Positions 22,932 through 33,115 of a DNA stretch of 64,000 nucleotides are shown piece by piece. Origin of the DNA: Perkinsela sp. CCAP 1560/9 (taxonomy: Eukaryota > Protista > Euglenozoa: Kinetoplastea); the NCBI GenBank assembly GCA_965644495.1, contig CBFFSA010000006.1, positions 558,001-622,000 on the forward strand. Direction: 5' to 3'. The notes beneath the pieces were generated by a model. It was not told the DNA's origin. It searched no databases and saw only the letters and a list, made by a program, of their open reading frames with translations. How positions within the stretch are numbered: position 1 is the first letter of the stretch; the number at the start of each line of letters is the position of its first letter. A program made the position numbers and the translations under genes.

Positions 22932-25694
22932 ATGGAGGACGCAGCTATTGGAGTACTTTTTGAGTTCGAACAATCGCTCTTAGAAGATAAGAATTGCGTT
23001 AGAATTCATCGCAAAAGCTCTGCACCTGCGCAATACGTAGTGTTTTCAGCCTGGGCGGAAAAGATTACTCGTTCTGTCACCCGAACCTCGGGGACTTTGC
23101 GTTATCTGCGCAATGAAGACGGAGCGACTCCGTATCTTCTTTTTTCGGATTCAATTTTTCGCGAGATTGTGCTTGATGTGATGGATGAAGGGGGACACAT
23201 CCTGGAATTATATGCTGATAGAAAGTTGATAAAGAAGGCTACTCCGTCTCGAATGGAAGAATTCGATGACATCATTTTTGCTTCAAATGTTTCTATTATT
23301 GCTCTACACCTCTCTCGGTCGTCCCCCAGTACAATACAAATTGCATGTGCCGTCCTAAATTCTTCTCTTCGCACTTTCAACACATGCACTTTTCTGGATC
23401 ACACTCTTACGTTTCAAAATTTAAAGGTTTTGTTCATATCTAATTCAGCTAAGGAGGTTGTGTTACATCCGCTGCGAACCAAAGGAAGCCCTATCAATGA
23501 TGGAGGACTTGGAAATATTCTTGATGAGGAAGAATGCGCACGTTTTAGCGATGTGTGTTCCAGGCACAGTATTCGTATTTCGGATTACAAGGGATCAATA
23601 CGCGCCTGGCATGCAGATTACGCAAAAGTTTCGATAGATAGAATAATACGCCGCTCTGAAACAGTATCTAAATGGTCACGGGAGAATCCAATCGAAGTAT
23701 CCTTATGTGGAGGGTTAATCGATCACCTCGCTCTTCTTCAAGAGGAGTGTAATTTCGGTCAATATCGTATTACTCCTGTAGTTCTTGGCTCGTTCATGAA
23801 ACTGGATGCAAGTTCGATTGATGCTTTGCACATATTCCCACAGCAACAGAGCGCTTGTGATACGTCCTTATATGATTTGCTAAAAAGGCATTGCAATACA
23901 AGCATGGGTATGAGGCTTTTACGGTTTTATCTTACTCAACCCCTCACCAAAGTTGATACTATTACTAGCAGGCAAAATATGGTTTCTTTGTTTCTGGAGG
24001 ATGCGATTCTACGAGAAGGCATTAAATCCGAAGTGCTGAGCTCTCTTCCGGACATGGACCGATTCATGAAAAAAATGCAACGACAAAAAACCTCTCTAAA
24101 AGAGATTTTTGATCTGAACAGTTTTCTTACTGGCATGTTTCGGTTAGCTACTCTTCTTGAAAACTATGCGGGAGAACAGCAGGAAATGCTGCAATGCGAT
24201 TGGCACATACCTCTAAAAGCTATGTGTGTACATTTCGAAAAATTGAGCAAATTGATAGAAAACGTCATAGAAGTGGACGAAGATCGTGGAATTAGCGCTC
24301 GTATTCGACCTCAGTTTGACGCAGCGTTGGCGGAATTGGAGGAAGCACGTCAAAGTACTTATGAACAGATCAACATAGAATACCAAAAGGTGTTGACGAA
24401 GTACAACTGGACGGAGCGTTTCGCAAAATTGGAACCATACGCACCCACTGGGGGGTTTACGTTTCGAGTTTCTAGGAAAGATGACAAAGAAGCGAGGCAA
24501 AATAAAAAATTTAATGTTCTTCAAACCTCTAAAGATGGTGTACGCTTCGTAAATTCTGAACTCTCGGCACTTAGCTCAGAATATCGAAATATATCTTCTC
24601 AGTATTCCCAGAGGCAGCGTCAGTTGGAAGAAAAATTATTAGAAACAGTGCGTTCATATCGGCCTGTTCTTGATGATGCTGTAGACCTAGTTGCTCAAAT
24701 GGATGTTTTTATTTCGTGGGGAACACTTATTGCACGAAGCAGAAACGGTTTTTGTCTTCCTTCGTTTAACAGTCATCGAACTCGGTTAACGCAATTAAGA
24801 CACCCTCTGATTCAAGATCAAGGAGATGCGGTAGCAAACGGCATAGATTTTGAGCATTTTGAAGCTAGCGATACAACGTTCGCAGAGGTTAACTACGGCT
24901 CCGAGGCTGCTGAAATGTATATTATTACGGGACCCAATATGGGAGGAAAGTCAACTTTTATGCGAGCCGTTGCACTTGTCCATATATTAGCTCAAATTGG
25001 ATGCTTTGTTCCTTGTGAATGCGCGGAAATCGTCATACGTGACAGCATTCTATGCCGCGTTGGAGCGGGAGATATTATGGCTCACGGGGTCAGCACCTTT
25101 ATGCGAGAAATGCAAGAAACAGCTCACATAATAAACTGTGCTACGCCCGATTCACTTGTGATTATTGATGAACTCGGGCGGGGAACATCAACTTATGATG
25201 GATTCGGAATCGCCTGGGCAGTGGCGGAGCATATAGCCACAGAGATCCATAGTTTTACACTGCTGGCGACGCACTTTCATGAGATGACAGCATTGCCTGA
25301 CATGCTCAAAAATAGTCGCTTGGTTCGCAATCTTCATGTGACCGCGATATGTGAAACGGGGTCCTTGTGTTTTCCATACAAGCTGTTACCTGGCCCATGC
25401 TTTAAAAGTTTCGGACTGCATGTGGCAGAAATGGCACGTATGCCGGAAGAAGCCTTAAAAGTAGCTCGCGAGAAGTCACTCGAACTGGAAGGAAAAAACA
25501 CTGGCTTTAATGCGAAAGATTCTCAGAGCTCCTATGTACATTCCAATATGTGTAATATTCCTCTTGAAAAGCTAACTTCATACGCAGAGGAGTATACTCG
25601 CAATCCAAATAAGGAGATGCTACGTGCTCGTATCTTGGCTGACGGAGAAATGTGTCCTGAAGTGCTAGCGTTATTACCCCAAGGCGCCGCATGA
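22932..25694 (+). CDS. MSH2: DNA mismatch repair protein MSH2
   Basis: ITGPNMGGKSTF, GVSTFM.EM.ET, IIDELGRGTSTYDGFGIAWA, ATHFHE, SFGLHVAEMA; MKLD.S.I.AL.IFP and KDGVRF are MSH2-type. Confidence 0.95.
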   Translation: MEDAAIGVLFEFEQSLLEDKNCVRIHRKSSAPAQYVVFSAWAEKITRSVTRTSGTLRYLRNEDGATPYLLFSDSIFREIVLDVMDEGGHILELYADRKLIKKATPSRMEEFDDIIFASNVSIIALHLSRSSPSTIQIACAVLNSSLRTFNTCTFLDHTLTFQNLKVLFISNSAKEVVLHPLRTKGSPINDGGLGNILDEEECARFSDVCSRHSIRISDYKGSIRAWHADYAKVSIDRIIRRSETVSKWSRENPIEVSLCGGLIDHLALLQEECNFGQYRITPVVLGSFMKLDASSIDALHIFPQQQSACDTSLYDLLKRHCNTSMGMRLLRFYLTQPLTKVDTITSRQNMVSLFLEDAILREGIKSEVLSSLPDMDRFMKKMQRQKTSLKEIFDLNSFLTGMFRLATLLENYAGEQQEMLQCDWHIPLKAMCVHFEKLSKLIENVIEVDEDRGISARIRPQFDAALAELEEARQSTYEQINIEYQKVLTKYNWTERFAKLEPYAPTGGFTFRVSRKDDKEARQNKKFNVLQTSKDGVRFVNSELSALSSEYRNISSQYSQRQRQLEEKLLETVRSYRPVLDDAVDLVAQMDVFISWGTLIARSRNGFCLPSFNSHRTRLTQLRHPLIQDQGDAVANGIDFEHFEASDTTFAEVNYGSEAAEMYIITGPNMGGKSTFMRAVALVHILAQIGCFVPCECAEIVIRDSILCRVGAGDIMAHGVSTFMREMQETAHIINCATPDSLVIIDELGRGTSTYDGFGIAWAVAEHIATEIHSFTLLATHFHEMTALPDMLKNSRLVRNLHVTAICETGSLCFPYKLLPGPCFKSFGLHVAEMARMPEEALKVAREKSLELEGKNTGFNAKDSQSSYVHSNMCNIPLEKLTSYAEEYTRNPNKEMLRARILADGEMCPEVLALLPQGAA

Positions 25695-25902
25695 AATATG
25701 CGAAGAAAACGTCCAGACAAACATGGTGAGACGCGTAGTAACGCACAAGAAATTACCGTAGATTTATTTTACTGTATAAGTATTTGTAGTACTGCGATTG
25801 CCTATTGAGACAGATAAACCTTCACAATACCATATACAGGAACATACGCAACAAGTTGTATATTTTAGTGTATATTGTAGTTAGTATAAAAGATATTACG
25901 TA

Positions 25903-25958
25903 CAGTACGTAAAGACCTGCAATTACTCTGTACGTAAAGACCTGCAATTTTATTACTG
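25903..25958. repeat. Tiny element: two 20-bp direct repeats bounded by TA|CAGTA...TACTG|TA
   Basis: GTACGTAAAGACCTGCAATT at 25905 and 25930. Confidence 0.5.
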
Positions 25959-26033
25959 TAGAGCACACGGCTGCCAATATAGTGCATCATTTACCTCTTG
26001 TATGTACTTGTCTCGCACTCTTTCCTTCTCAGT

Positions 26034-27173
26034 ATGAAAACACCTTTGCTTGCTCTCGGAAGCCTTCCTTCAAAAAAACGTAACCCCCTATGGAGGACAC
26101 GGAGGCATAGAAGCTTCTACCCCCAGCTTCCTTGGCTCATGACGAGTACACCGAATTTCATGGACAACGCTGAGCACCTCTACGGACGACGTGAGACCTG
26201 GGCTCGCCTCTACCAAAGTGACACCCCAGGTACCCCCAAAAATTGTCACAGGCTTGAGGACCCACTCCAGCTCATGCTGCAGTACATTGACTATCTGGAA
26301 GGGGAGTACAAGGAACTTTTCCGCCAATCCGAGCGGCTGGAACACAAAATTGCTGTCGCGGAGACTGTGTACGAAATGTGGCTCGCGAGAGCATTGAAAG
26401 AGGGTACCTACGTGCTACGCGAATGGCGCCACCCTCAAATCCCCCCACACGCGGAGTACATTCCCCTTCGTCTGCGACGACGACTCGAGGAACAACAAAG
26501 ATGTGAGGCGGAGGGACTTCCCCTTCCCCGGGGGTATGGTGCCACGCTGCGTCGGGAACTCGAGACCCGCACCCCGGCCGATGCTCCGGTTCCCCCCGAT
26601 GGCCCTGAACAAGAGGACCAGCTCTCGGGAAATCTACCCCACGACCCGTTGTTGGGGGCTGCACTGGCCCGAGAGGTTCCACCGGAGCCCAGTGAGATGC
26701 CGTTTCTACGTCGTCGTGTGATCTCTTCCCCCGACTCACTGCACCCTGCACTCGCGCGGTGGACGGAAAGGTGGTATCCAGAGGGCGATGATGGAATTAA
26801 ACCCCTTGCAGGAGCAGCTGCTCCCGGGGTCTCGCGTCGGGAGGAGACGCCCTACGACGCGAGCCTGGAGGACCCTCCCCGATCATCGTCTCGTGGGAGA
26901 GGAAAAGATGGTGAGCTACGCAAACAGCTCGTAGGCCGACGCGTGGAGAAACGCCCACCGGTGGCGAAAACACTTCATGAACTACGTTCGCGCACACCGA
27001 CATTTGATGCTACGCATACGTATCGTCAGAAAGGGGCACGGGATGCGCATTCCAGTGCCACAGCCGTCCGTGTGGACTGGGATACCCTCCGTCAGTCACA
27101 GGGGGACTCGAGCTATGACCGAAAACGTGCACAGGAACGGAAAATTCGACTGCAGCGTGGAGAAGATGTATAG
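26034..27173 (+). CDS. Hypothetical protein, possibly mitochondrial (Arg-rich N-terminus, coiled coil)
   Basis: Long ORF preceded by a pyrimidine tract + AG; no family recognised. Confidence 0.75.
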   Translation: MKTPLLALGSLPSKKRNPLWRTRRHRSFYPQLPWLMTSTPNFMDNAEHLYGRRETWARLYQSDTPGTPKNCHRLEDPLQLMLQYIDYLEGEYKELFRQSERLEHKIAVAETVYEMWLARALKEGTYVLREWRHPQIPPHAEYIPLRLRRRLEEQQRCEAEGLPLPRGYGATLRRELETRTPADAPVPPDGPEQEDQLSGNLPHDPLLGAALAREVPPEPSEMPFLRRRVISSPDSLHPALARWTERWYPEGDDGIKPLAGAAAPGVSRREETPYDASLEDPPRSSSRGRGKDGELRKQLVGRRVEKRPPVAKTLHELRSRTPTFDATHTYRQKGARDAHSSATAVRVDWDTLRQSQGDSSYDRKRAQERKIRLQRGEDV

Positions 27174-27290
27174 CGTTTATTTCTCTTTGCAGGATTCAAT
27201 AGCGATAAATCATTATCCGTATTGATCGTTAATCCTTTTTCATATTCCATAATGGTCATTTTTTTAACTTTTCCCATTCACAACACGTAA

Positions 27291-28320
27291 CATACCCTAC
27301 CCACCTACCTCTTCTTCCGCCTTTTCACCCCTTTCCACTCTCTACCCCTCTCTCCCCCCCCCACCACCACCACCACCCTCCCATGGATTTCCTCCTCCAC
27401 GGCACCTTCGTCACCCTCCACAAAACCCTCGAGACCCCGTTCAACCGCATCTGGTCCCTCTACCTTAACCAATCCGGTCTCCGTGCCGAGCACGCCCTCC
27501 CCCCCTCCCCCCCCCTCTCCCTCCCCCAAACCCTCTCCTACCTCCTCCACGCCCCCTCCGGAAAACCCCACGCCTTCTTCCACTCCACCCGGTTCGCCAT
27601 CCTCGGCAACCTCACGCTCCCCTACGTGGGCTACGGGCTCCACCTGCTGTGGTCCGCCACGGGACTCGCCCCCACCCGCCCGGCCCCCCTCCTGCTGCTA
27701 CGGCTCACCACCGCGGTGGGCTCCACGCTGCTCGCCTACCCGCTCCACCTCATCCACTTCCGTATGCTTACGGACTTCAGCGACGCCCCCGTGGGGGCGT
27801 GGGCCACGGTGAGAGGGGTGTGGGCCCGGGAGGGGGTGCGGGGGCTGTACCGCGGGTGCGGGGTGAGTGTGCTCGGGGGGGTGGGGTACCGTGTGGTGTA
27901 TGGGGCGCTGGCGACGGGGGCGGAGAGGGGGCTGGGGGCGTACTACTATGGGGGAGGAGGGGGGGGAGGGGGGGAACAGGGGGGTGGGTTTCCGCTCAGT
28001 ACGACCACCGCGTTTGTGGTGCAGTACGGGTTGACGGTGGTGGCGGGGTTGGTGGTGTACCCGTTGGATGTGGTGCGGCGGAGGGCGATGTTGCGGGGTC
28101 GGGGAGGGGGGGAAGAGCGAAAGGGGGAGAGGGGGGAAGAGGGTGGGGGGAGGGGTAAGGAGGAGAAAAGACGGGTGGCGGAGATAGAGGCGAGGGCGGA
28201 GACCCGCGCTGGGGGAGGTGGAAATGTCACCCTTGCGGTGGCTCGTGAGATGTGGCAGAGAGAGGGGATTGGGGCTTTCTGGGACCACGCGTTGGGGTCG
28301 GTTCTGAAATCGGTTTTACG
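27291..28320. other. GC-rich island with a C-rich to G-rich skew switch at ~27790
   Basis: C-run-dominated + strand 27291-27790; G-run-dominated 27791-28320. Confidence 0.9.
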
Positions 28321-28459
28321 GGGTGCGCTGATTCTGGCGTGGGATGTGTTAACGCATGATCTGCGGTACCAAGGGGATTCGGAGATTGAGCAAATTTTTC
28401 AAGAGGGAGAGACACATGAGGGGAAGCTAAAGGCAGCGAACGGGGATGTCTCAGTGTAA
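27383..28459 (+). CDS. Mitochondrial carrier family protein (divergent, ADP/ATP-carrier-like)
   Basis: PxxxxxxR carrier signatures (ETPFNRI, AYPLHLIHFRM, VYPLDVVRRRAML), plus REGVRGLYRG and REGIGAFW. Confidence 0.85.
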   Translation: MDFLLHGTFVTLHKTLETPFNRIWSLYLNQSGLRAEHALPPSPPLSLPQTLSYLLHAPSGKPHAFFHSTRFAILGNLTLPYVGYGLHLLWSATGLAPTRPAPLLLLRLTTAVGSTLLAYPLHLIHFRMLTDFSDAPVGAWATVRGVWAREGVRGLYRGCGVSVLGGVGYRVVYGALATGAERGLGAYYYGGGGGGGGEQGGGFPLSTTTAFVVQYGLTVVAGLVVYPLDVVRRRAMLRGRGGGEERKGERGEEGGGRGKEEKRRVAEIEARAETRAGGGGNVTLAVAREMWQREGIGAFWDHALGSVLKSVLRGALILAWDVLTHDLRYQGDSEIEQIFQEGETHEGKLKAANGDVSV

Positions 28460-28768
28460 GAACGTGTGTTGCGAGTTTGTTTCAAATATAGAAAGTTTTT
28501 TTTGTAAATTAGTGTCTGAATAGAAAAGGTGAACAATATGTGACGAAGGTATTGCTTTCTACTGAAGTTTTGAGCTGAAGCCGCTGTCTCAGAGAACGAG
28601 AATATTTGTTTGTGCAAGACTTTCTTTGGTAGTATCACTTGTTTTCATTGTGGCACACGAATCCATCATAGATTATCGCATAAGGCCCCTTAGTTTCGTA
28701 TTTTTAGTTCGTGTTTCTGTCTTATTTCTTTTCAGCATTTTAACAAAGTTTCAGAATTCTTTTTGGAA

Positions 28769-30919
28769 ATGGAACTAAAGGAATTGGAGGACATTCTTCG
28801 CACGTCAAATCACGAGATTGCAGGCCTATTTACTGGGGTATACACTAAGCCATCTCTATTGAAGACTCACGCGTGTGTCATCAAGTATATTCTGAATATA
28901 CTTCAGTCACAGACTAATTCTCATGAAAGAGTGGAAAATGATCAGGATCTTATGGATACTGTTGCTCTTTTTTTGACAGAATATGGTGTGTACGACGATT
29001 TAGCAAGGGCTCAAGAAGACACTCGCAGTCTGTTTAATATTATGGATCAGCGAGACCTCCTAGCAAAATTCGTGCATCCTCGGATCTTGGATACCCCTGT
29101 TATTATAGGAAAGGTTACGCATGTGAACTCGCAAAATCTTGAAAAAAAGATCAGTGCTAATTTTAACGAGGAACTTGATTGGGAAAAGAGTAGGGAAAGA
29201 TCTCGAGCTGAGAGGCGCAAGAAAAAAGATGATGAGCAGAGGCAATGCGTACAGAAGGAGTACGACGCTTTCATTAAATCCAAAGGTCTTCCACAAACAC
29301 GTCACAATACATGCATTCACCGCGAAGGCTTTGGAAAACAACATGGGGAAAATATTGTCTGTGACAATATTCATGTGAATATGGGGAAAACTGTTCTTCT
29401 TGACGGTACAAAATTACAACTTTTTTGCGCCCACAAATATGGTTTTGTTGGTCCCAATGGCTCTGGTAAAACCACGTTGCTTCGCATGCTCACCGCAAAG
29501 GAACTTGAAGGAATCAATCCTTATTTGCAAATTATTCACGTGGAACAAGAAATATCTTCAAGCGATCAATCTCCTTTAAAAATTATTTTGGACAGCGACG
29601 TAGAGCGCACACAGCTTCTTGACGAAGAACAAGAATTATTGGCAGCTGAAAATTTAAATAGCGAACGCCTTGCACAAGTATATGCACGTATGGAAGAGAT
29701 CGATGTCCAAACTGCTGAAAATCGGGCTCGCACTATCTTGCGTGGACTGAGCTTTACAGATGAAATGATGACAAGTCCTTCGAGTAAACTATCCGGAGGG
29801 TGGCGAATGCGCGTTGCACTTGCACAGGCTCTTTTTATTAAACCTGATGTTCTCCTTCTTGACGAACCAACAAACCATCTTGATCTTCACGCAGTACTTT
29901 GGCTAGAGAAATTTCTAAAGAAGTGGGATAAAACATTAGTCGTAGTCTCTCATAGTCGCTCTTTTTTGAACGAAGTCTGCACCGAAATAATCCACCTTGA
30001 AGATAGAAAGCTAATTTATTACAAAGGGGATTACAACACTTTCGAGCGCTCTAGGACAGACAGAATGCAGCAAAGAAAACGAGAATATGAGGCTCAGGAA
30101 AGAAGCAAATCACACATGCGAGCATTTGTTGATCGTTTTCGCTATAGCGCGGCACGAGCTGCCCAGGCTCAAAGTCGTTTGAAAGCAATTGATCGCCTAG
30201 ATAAAATTGCTCCTGTTGTAGAGGAAGCAAGGTTAAAATTTGACTTTCCTAGCCCCGAGTGCGCAGAGAGAAATTTGCTTCAAGTTTCCGGTCTTTCTTA
30301 TCAATACAAGCTAGGGGGAAGACTTATCATTTCTAAGGTACATATGAACGTAGACTCCGATTCACGCATCGGTATAGTGGGATCAAATGGCAGTGGTAAA
30401 TCCACTTTCCTCAAATTGTTGAGTGAAAAACTACCCTGCGGATTGGGTCAAATTACGCGTAATCCAAAGGCTCGGATATCGATGTTCTCACAGCACCATA
30501 TCGACGGATTAAATCTGGCACAGACACCATTAGAATCAATGCAAGCAGCGTTCCCTAAGGTAGAAATTTCGCGTTTGCGTGGACACCTTAGTCGTTTTGG
30601 ATTATGTGGTGAAAAGCATCTTCAATCAAACTATACACTTTCTGGTGGTCAAAAGAGCCGTCTGGCATTTGCATTAATGACTTATTTTACACCAGATCTT
30701 CTTTTACTTGATGAACCCACAAATCACTTAGATATTGACACAGTAGACGCTTTGATTATGGCGCTCAATGCGTACCGTGGTGGTGTTGTCATTGTGTCCC
30801 ATGATGAGCACTTTATTTCGTCGGTTTGTGACGACTTGTGGGTTGCGGAAGCAACATGTCTAAACAGGTTTGACGACACGTTCGCTGTTTATAAGAAGCG
30901 CATACAATCTCTCATGTGA
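28769..30919 (+). CDS. ABCF3: ABC-F family ATPase (ABCF3/GCN20-like)
   Basis: Two ABC domains (GPNGSGKTT / LSGGWRMR / LLLDEPTNHLD and GSNGSGKST / LSGGQKSR), FVDRFRYSA.RA.QAQSR linker, no TM segments. Confidence 0.9.
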   Translation: MELKELEDILRTSNHEIAGLFTGVYTKPSLLKTHACVIKYILNILQSQTNSHERVENDQDLMDTVALFLTEYGVYDDLARAQEDTRSLFNIMDQRDLLAKFVHPRILDTPVIIGKVTHVNSQNLEKKISANFNEELDWEKSRERSRAERRKKKDDEQRQCVQKEYDAFIKSKGLPQTRHNTCIHREGFGKQHGENIVCDNIHVNMGKTVLLDGTKLQLFCAHKYGFVGPNGSGKTTLLRMLTAKELEGINPYLQIIHVEQEISSSDQSPLKIILDSDVERTQLLDEEQELLAAENLNSERLAQVYARMEEIDVQTAENRARTILRGLSFTDEMMTSPSSKLSGGWRMRVALAQALFIKPDVLLLDEPTNHLDLHAVLWLEKFLKKWDKTLVVVSHSRSFLNEVCTEIIHLEDRKLIYYKGDYNTFERSRTDRMQQRKREYEAQERSKSHMRAFVDRFRYSAARAAQAQSRLKAIDRLDKIAPVVEEARLKFDFPSPECAERNLLQVSGLSYQYKLGGRLIISKVHMNVDSDSRIGIVGSNGSGKSTFLKLLSEKLPCGLGQITRNPKARISMFSQHHIDGLNLAQTPLESMQAAFPKVEISRLRGHLSRFGLCGEKHLQSNYTLSGGQKSRLAFALMTYFTPDLLLLDEPTNHLDIDTVDALIMALNAYRGGVVIVSHDEHFISSVCDDLWVAEATCLNRFDDTFAVYKKRIQSLM

Positions 30920-31352
30920 GCTCAAAATTTATTTTAGAAAGATACCTTTAGCAGAGTGGCGACTTGCGCTTCAGGAGCAATATATATATATATACTTCTG
31001 CAGTTCTTTCTTATTAGGTTTTCCTTTTTAACGTGTTTAAGTTCGTTTTCTTCTTATTTTAGATACCTGGGTATTGTATTTTTTTCATTATTTAAGAGAA
31101 CACAAAAACTGTAGTAATAAAGAGGGATTACAAAAATACTTATGCTTCCTTGGTCACAGTATACAAAAACTGAGAACAGTGTCAAGGAATTTAGAGAAAC
31201 ACTACTACACAATAGTGTAGAATAGTACATGTAGGTAATAAACTAATACGACAAAGTACTAAAAATAGACTGTCTGCCAAAAATTCTAATTGCATAATGT
31301 CGAAAATTGCTATCCAAACATGATTTTCTACTGCACGTTGACAAGGAGCGAG

Positions 31353-32828
31353 ATGAAACCATTGAAGCTTGGTCGATTTGTTTATTCATTGTCGAGATTA
31401 TCTCATGTGATACATGGATGTGACGCTCAGAAATTTGAAAAGGTACGTTGCTTCTCATCAAAAAGTGACAACGAATATAGTCGATACAGTAATCGAAAGG
31501 ATAGAGATTTTAAATATGCCCAAAGAAGACCCGGTGACTGGAAATGTAGTGCGTGCAACTCTATTAACTTTCGCTCAATAACAATATGTCGCAGATGCGA
31601 AAAGCCTGTAAATAAAGACGATCTTCGCTGGAATAATGAAGATGGGTCTCCTTTCGTTGAACACAGAAACAGCTGGCCATGCCCTGTCTGTAATGTTTTG
31701 AATAGGCAAGGGCGTATGCAGTGTTTCCGTTGCAATGAAAAAATTCCTAGGGAAATAGCGGCTCAATACAATTTCCATGATGGATCTTTCGTATGCACTC
31801 GATGTCACGTTCTGAATTTTGCCGGAGCCGAATCTTGTAAGTTTTGCGGCGAGGCACCTCCAGCAGAGCTTAATTCAAGCGGCAATTCCGATCATCGCTT
31901 AATTTTACAAAAGGCCAAATGGTTGTCCAAGTCTTGGAACTGGCAATGCCCCATTTGTGAATATCGCAATTTGAAATATCGGTGGGAATGCTACAAATGT
32001 CGTCATCAACGAGATGCCACTTGTGTGTACACGCCGAGTAACGAAGTTGGTGAGTATCCAGTGACCAGATTTCCAGGTTTACCGTGCGATTGGATATGTG
32101 GTGCATGTTCTAGGGTGAACTTTAAACATTCGAAAAAATGCACAAGGTGTAAGGCAGACAATGACTTAACTTCTCGAACTATTCCTTTGCCTGAGAGTGC
32201 GTACTTTGAGGGACACAAGGATTATCGTCTCTCTATGGTCCTATTGCCTCCCGGTAGTTGGAGATGCGCCACATGTGAAGTTGTTAACGAACCAAGAAAT
32301 AAGTATTGCCATCGATGCAAAAAGCGTACAGGAAATGATAGCAGAGTTTGCACTCTGTTGCAAGAATGGGTTGTAGGCGAGGCGGAAAGCCTTACTACGC
32401 TTAACTCATTGCGAAATATTATTAAGAAAACTGAATCTTTCATATCACAAGATTTGGATTCAGATTCTCTAGATTCGCTGAAAAATGGTCAGTCGTCTCA
32501 TTCGTTATCTGACGGTGTGGTTACAGAGTCGAATTTAAGCGATTCTACTCTAGATACACGTGAGACTCGTATAAGAGTTGATACCGTTCCCGAGTACATG
32601 TCAGAAAGCTCAGCGCCACCACCGAGGTTTCCATTGTGGGAATGCAATGACTGTCACATGCACAATACATGCTTGAGATGTAGTTGTATTAGTTGCGGAT
32701 CCCGATTTTCCCAACTACCTCCTCTTCCTGATGATTTCAAACACTGTTCCAAGTGCTCTCATGTTAACAACCGGGCGCGAATCAAATGTCTCCGCTGTAC
32801 CGGTCTGGTGGAGGAAAAGAGACCATGA
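31353..32828 (+). CDS. Multi RanBP2-type zinc-finger protein (8 fingers), probable mitochondrial presequence
   Basis: Eight W/F-x-C-x2-C-x3-N-x6-C-x2-C type units (e.g. RPGDWKCSACNSINF); exact start uncertain (ATG 31320 or 31353). Confidence 0.88.
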   Translation: MKPLKLGRFVYSLSRLSHVIHGCDAQKFEKVRCFSSKSDNEYSRYSNRKDRDFKYAQRRPGDWKCSACNSINFRSITICRRCEKPVNKDDLRWNNEDGSPFVEHRNSWPCPVCNVLNRQGRMQCFRCNEKIPREIAAQYNFHDGSFVCTRCHVLNFAGAESCKFCGEAPPAELNSSGNSDHRLILQKAKWLSKSWNWQCPICEYRNLKYRWECYKCRHQRDATCVYTPSNEVGEYPVTRFPGLPCDWICGACSRVNFKHSKKCTRCKADNDLTSRTIPLPESAYFEGHKDYRLSMVLLPPGSWRCATCEVVNEPRNKYCHRCKKRTGNDSRVCTLLQEWVVGEAESLTTLNSLRNIIKKTESFISQDLDSDSLDSLKNGQSSHSLSDGVVTESNLSDSTLDTRETRIRVDTVPEYMSESSAPPPRFPLWECNDCHMHNTCLRCSCISCGSRFSQLPPLPDDFKHCSKCSHVNNRARIKCLRCTGLVEEKRP

Positions 32829-33115
32829 GGTTGTTCGTCAAGTACAGAATACCGAAGTTATTAAATACATGCCAATGAAACATTGCGGGCACTTTTCCCT
32901 TTTAGATGAGTACAAGCAGCATAAAATTTGAGTGAACACGGCATATCTTTTGGTGGTCATGAATCCACTTGTAAATTGTTTATTTGTTTTACTAAACGTA
33001 CCGAGATTCAATTTCTTTTCTACCTCCGGGCCTTAAGACGAATTCGGTGCATTGTTTTCTGTACCCTTTGTTTCATTTGTTTTTCTTAGAAGTTCTAAGA
33101 ATAAAAGCATAGTAA

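Noticed and set aside
27305-28288. Many long overlapping Pro-rich or Gly-rich ORFs in other frames and strands (also 49394-50562)
   Set aside because: By-product of extreme GC skew suppressing stop codons; only the carrier and SDR frames carry family motifs.
27291-28459. Horizontal transfer or a true inverted repeat as the explanation for the GC islands
   Set aside because: The bias crosses gene boundaries, flips mid-gene and fades inside neighbouring genes; the halves are only compositionally complementary, not alignable.
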